Virus record (IMG/VR): IMGVR_UViG_3300031087_000005
Location: 1 to 44,312 of that record
Strand: one strand, 5' to 3'
DNA length: 44,312 nucleotides
Origin: a virus
Under the pieces are notes generated by a model that saw nothing but the letters and a program-made list of their open reading frames with translations, was not told the DNA's origin and did not search any database. The translations under genes were made by a program, and so were the position numbers. Position 1 is the stretch's first letter, and each line of letters starts with the position of its first letter. Shown piece by piece: positions 42,074 through 44,312 of this stretch.

Positions 42074-42090
42074 GTTTATCTGTGATAATA
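42062..42090 (+). promoter_or_regulatory. Weaker promoter with operator variant TTATCtGTGATAA
   Basis: TTTTAT-17-TAATAT with TGn; palindrome 12/13 at 42075-42087. Confidence 0.45.
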
Positions 42091-42119
42091 TCCCGGAAAA
42101 GCTACAGGAGGATTTAAAA

Positions 42120-42380
42120 GTGATTTCAGCTAAACGCCGATGCACAAAGTGCAATACCGTTAAACCGATCGCCGAATTCGCGCCGGATCCGCGCTACACC
42201 TTTAAGCGTAAGAGCTGGTGTAACAGCTGCGTTTCTGGCTACCAGGCGGAATACGCCGCGAGTGAAGCCGGCAAAGAAAAGCGCCGTGAAGCTCAGCGTC
42301 GATATATGCAACGTCTGCGCGAAGGCGGCGAAGCCAACCTTCTTAAACGCCCGACAGTAAAGGATCAGGAAAATGAATAG
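42120..42380 (+). CDS. Zinc-ribbon protein with a basic helical tail
   Basis: ORF 41967..42380 trimmed to GTG 42120 (GGAGGA 7 nt upstream). CTKC-x24-CNSC, then a K/R-rich helix. Confidence 0.55.
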   Translation: MISAKRRCTKCNTVKPIAEFAPDPRYTFKRKSWCNSCVSGYQAEYAASEAGKEKRREAQRRYMQRLREGGEANLLKRPTVKDQENE

Positions 42381-42777
42381 TGTGACTTCTACCGAATACC
42401 GCCGGATGAGCCGGAAGGACCGTGCCGCGTTTCGCAAGTCAGGCGGCAAGATTGTCTGGCTGATGAAAGATCGTATTGGTGCAGCGCTGTCAGTTCTGGC
42501 AATCTGCGGCATCGCATGGATCGTCAGCCTGTCAGAAACGCCGGTTGACTACGAGCGTAATGCTCAGGCCCGCTGCCTGGCGGAAGGGGTGAACGGGGTG
42601 CAGGGATTACGCCCAGTCTACAGTTCTGTCGCGTCGGCAAAGGACGGCGCGCGCTACGTTGTGACGTTTGACTTCACCGCGCCGAATGGCCTGGGGAAAA
42701 GTATCCCCGGCCGTATGTACTGCGAGACTGATCTGGCCGGGGAGGCTGTTTTACTGATGAACGTAGCCCGCCGCTAA
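42373..42777 (+). CDS. Membrane-anchored hypothetical protein
   Basis: 134 aa; basic N-terminus, TM 'IGAALSVLAICGIAWIVSL', then a periplasmic-type domain. Last gene of the rightward arm. Confidence 0.55.
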   Translation: MNSVTSTEYRRMSRKDRAAFRKSGGKIVWLMKDRIGAALSVLAICGIAWIVSLSETPVDYERNAQARCLAEGVNGVQGLRPVYSSVASAKDGARYVVTFDFTAPNGLGKSIPGRMYCETDLAGEAVLLMNVARR

Positions 42778-42784
42778 GCGGGCT
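42765..42784. terminator. Hairpin at the convergent junction of the early-right and late transcription units
   Basis: AGCCCGC-cgctaa-GCGGGCT. The loop contains the overlapping stop codons (cTAA / TAG). No U-tract on either strand. Confidence 0.35.
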
Positions 42785-43451
42785 GTGCAGGCCATACAGG
42801 AGCATTAACGTCTATTTTAGCCAGTGCGACCCGGTACTGTCTCCATTTCTTAAGCAATGCCACATCTTGGGGATCCACCTCGTCGACTATCTCGGGGTCG
42901 GTGGCGTCAACCAGTAGACCGATCATTTCGCTGGCTTTAGCTACCCGAGCGTCCCGGATTGCAGCGTTGCCCTCTGCTGATACTAACGGTTCACGGTGTT
43001 CCCCTTTGATGACTTTACCATCTACCAGTTTCGCGTCAGGCCCAATGCTTTCATAACTGGATTTAGAAATCTCCGGATAGTCTTTTTCCAGCAGCGTATC
43101 AAGTTCAGCTGGAGTGAAAGCTATATAACATCCGATGATATATTTCTCCGAATCGAGTTCGACAAAGTAACGCAGCTCAAACGGCTCTTGTTGAACCGGA
43201 AGTTCAGGTTGAGGTTCAGGTTCAGGTTCAACAGGCGGAGGGGCTTCGGGCTGCTCAGGTGGTTCATATTCAGGGGCAGGGATTAACTTTCCGTCTACAT
43301 AACGTGAAGTCGGTTTAGCTTCAGCAAAAAGAGACGGACTTACTTCGGCAAATCCTTGGGCGGTTGCGTACTCCAGATCTTGTTCATTCATTGCGATGAA
43401 AGTCGCGTATATGAATTTATCATCAGTGAGCCAAAAATAATATTTTTCCAT
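42774..43451 (-). CDS. Tail fiber assembly protein/chaperone
   Basis: 225 aa directly after the tail fiber. C-terminus 'LLKKWRQYRVALAKIDVNAPVWPAQP' is the typical Tfa ending. Confidence 0.75.
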   Translation of the reverse strand: MEKYYFWLTDDKFIYATFIAMNEQDLEYATAQGFAEVSPSLFAEAKPTSRYVDGKLIPAPEYEPPEQPEAPPPVEPEPEPQPELPVQQEPFELRYFVELDSEKYIIGCYIAFTPAELDTLLEKDYPEISKSSYESIGPDAKLVDGKVIKGEHREPLVSAEGNAAIRDARVAKASEMIGLLVDATDPEIVDEVDPQDVALLKKWRQYRVALAKIDVNAPVWPAQPA

Positions 43452-43460
43452 AAAGCCGCC

Positions 43461-44312
43461 TTAATAAATAGCCAGAAGGTTGACGTTAAGTGCTTGCCCG
43501 TTGTTGAAGATGGAGCAGTTATTAGGGCCGACTCCGATTAACCAACATTGGAAGGGCCCATTAATCGCGGTGATGAATACCGCCGGAGCTGAAGGGAAGG
43601 TAGCCGGGAAATTCCACTGGGTAGTACCATTCGCCGCTAATGTAAGGTTTTGGCGGGCCCACATACCGCCGCCGGGCAGCTTAACCCAGGCACCGTTACC
43701 GTTATTCCCCGATTGAAACTGGTCCAATCTTACCGCCTGAGTCGCGGCGGTAGCGCCCCCGACGCTAAACGGAGTGAACTGGTTCCCGCCTACTGCAGCG
43801 TACGACTGCAAAACGAAATTCAGCCGGTCGTTATTAACGCCCGCTGGTCCGTTACCGCTGTTCGCCATAGCGAATGCTTGGGCCGCGTCGCCGCCTTTAA
43901 AGGCGTAACCCAGAAGAACAGAATTTAGTCGGTCGTTATTGACACCATTTGAACCGACACCGCTATTGCTCATGGCAAAAGCCTGGGCAGCGTTACCGTT
44001 TAGTGAGGCATAACCTCCGAGAACAAAGTTAAGCCTGGCGTTACTCACTGCATTATTAAGCTCGCCCGAGTTCCGGACTGCAAAATCATTCGCTACGTCA
44101 CCATTAAGCAGCGCACGCAGCGCTACGTCAGCGGTAGTCGCCAGTTGCTTCCACCCGGACCATACTACTGACCCGGCCGTTCCGGTGCCGATGCGAACAA
44201 AATGCAGGTTGGCTACCGAAGCGCTTGACGATACGCAGTGCCATATCTGCACGCGAGCCGAACCTTGTGCCCGTTCATAGTGTTCAAGAACAGCCGTCTG
44301 CGGCAGCGGGGA
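43461..44312 (-). CDS. Tail fiber protein, C-terminal part (5' end continues at 601..1 through the circular junction)
   Basis: The reading frame is open to the window end. ORF-track 43461..44252 merely starts at an internal GTG. Confidence 0.8.
   Translation of the reverse strand, partial: SPLPQTAVLEHYERAQGSARVQIWHCVSSSASVANLHFVRIGTGTAGSVVWSGWKQLATTADVALRALLNGDVANDFAVRNSGELNNAVSNARLNFVLGGYASLNGNAAQAFAMSNSGVGSNGVNNDRLNSVLLGYAFKGGDAAQAFAMANSGNGPAGVNNDRLNFVLQSYAAVGGNQFTPFSVGGATAATQAVRLDQFQSGNNGNGAWVKLPGGGMWARQNLTLAANGTTQWNFPATFPSAPAVFITAINGPFQCWLIGVGPNNCSIFNNGQALNVNLLAIY
43758..44102 (-). repeat. About 3.3 tandem 35-aa (105-nt) repeats within the tail fiber
   Basis: Units ...N[AD]RLN[FS]VL.GYA...G.AAQAFAM.NSG.G..GVNN. 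The R-L-N register recurs at aa 73, 108 and 143 of the ORF-track protein. Confidence 0.65.
44186..44312. repeat. Terminal assembly overlap, second copy of 1..127
   Basis: Exact 127-nt identity with the window start. Confidence 0.95.

Noticed and set aside
1-44312. Search for integrase/excisionase, a CI-type repressor, partition genes, tRNAs, CRISPR repeats and a reverse transcriptase (DGR)
   Set aside because: By eye, none of the ORFs or non-coding intervals shows the corresponding motifs or repeat structure. Absence cannot be proven without profile searches.

Overview
The window is an essentially complete, circularly closed assembly of a contractile-tailed dsDNA phage. It has 44,185 unique bp; bases 1-127 are repeated exactly at 44186-44312. 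Gene content and codon usage suggest an enterobacterial-type host.

Late genes form one long minus-strand block (22254 down to 1, wrapping to 44312 down to 42774). In order it encodes two holin-like proteins, embedded Rz/Rz1 spanins, a YadA-anchor trimeric-autotransporter-like moron with its own promoter and terminator, and the endolysin. These are followed by TerS/TerL, portal, MuF-like protein, scaffold, decoration protein, major capsid and connectors. The tail genes come last: sheath, tube, a tail chaperone with a canonical -1 slippery site, tape measure, baseplate, a tail fiber split by the linearisation point, and a fiber chaperone.

Early genes form two divergent arms from a Cro/XRE control region near 31.4 kb.
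- Leftward arm: XRE regulator, prim-pol/VirE-type helicase, an iteron-type origin, about 20 small genes and an MT-A70 methylase.
- Rightward arm: HAD phosphatase, SF1 helicase, MazG-like protein, an acidic protein, a C5 methylase, a Cas4-like nuclease, an SSB-like protein, PolA, VRR-NUC and an SNF2 helicase.

I found no integrase, tRNA or CRISPR array.

The most unusual signals are:
1. The C5-methylase gene carries methylase-like sequence in two overlapping frames. Its +1 frame is open for 313 codons and runs straight into the nuclease ORF.
2. A 13-bp palindrome, TTATCAsTGATAA, is fused to an extended -10 at about 10 promoters on both arms.
3. An outer-membrane adhesin-like moron is inserted into the lysis cassette of a phage with no lysogeny module.
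4. An array of 11 iterons lies beside the primase gene.

All family names come from recognising motifs by eye. No database search was run.
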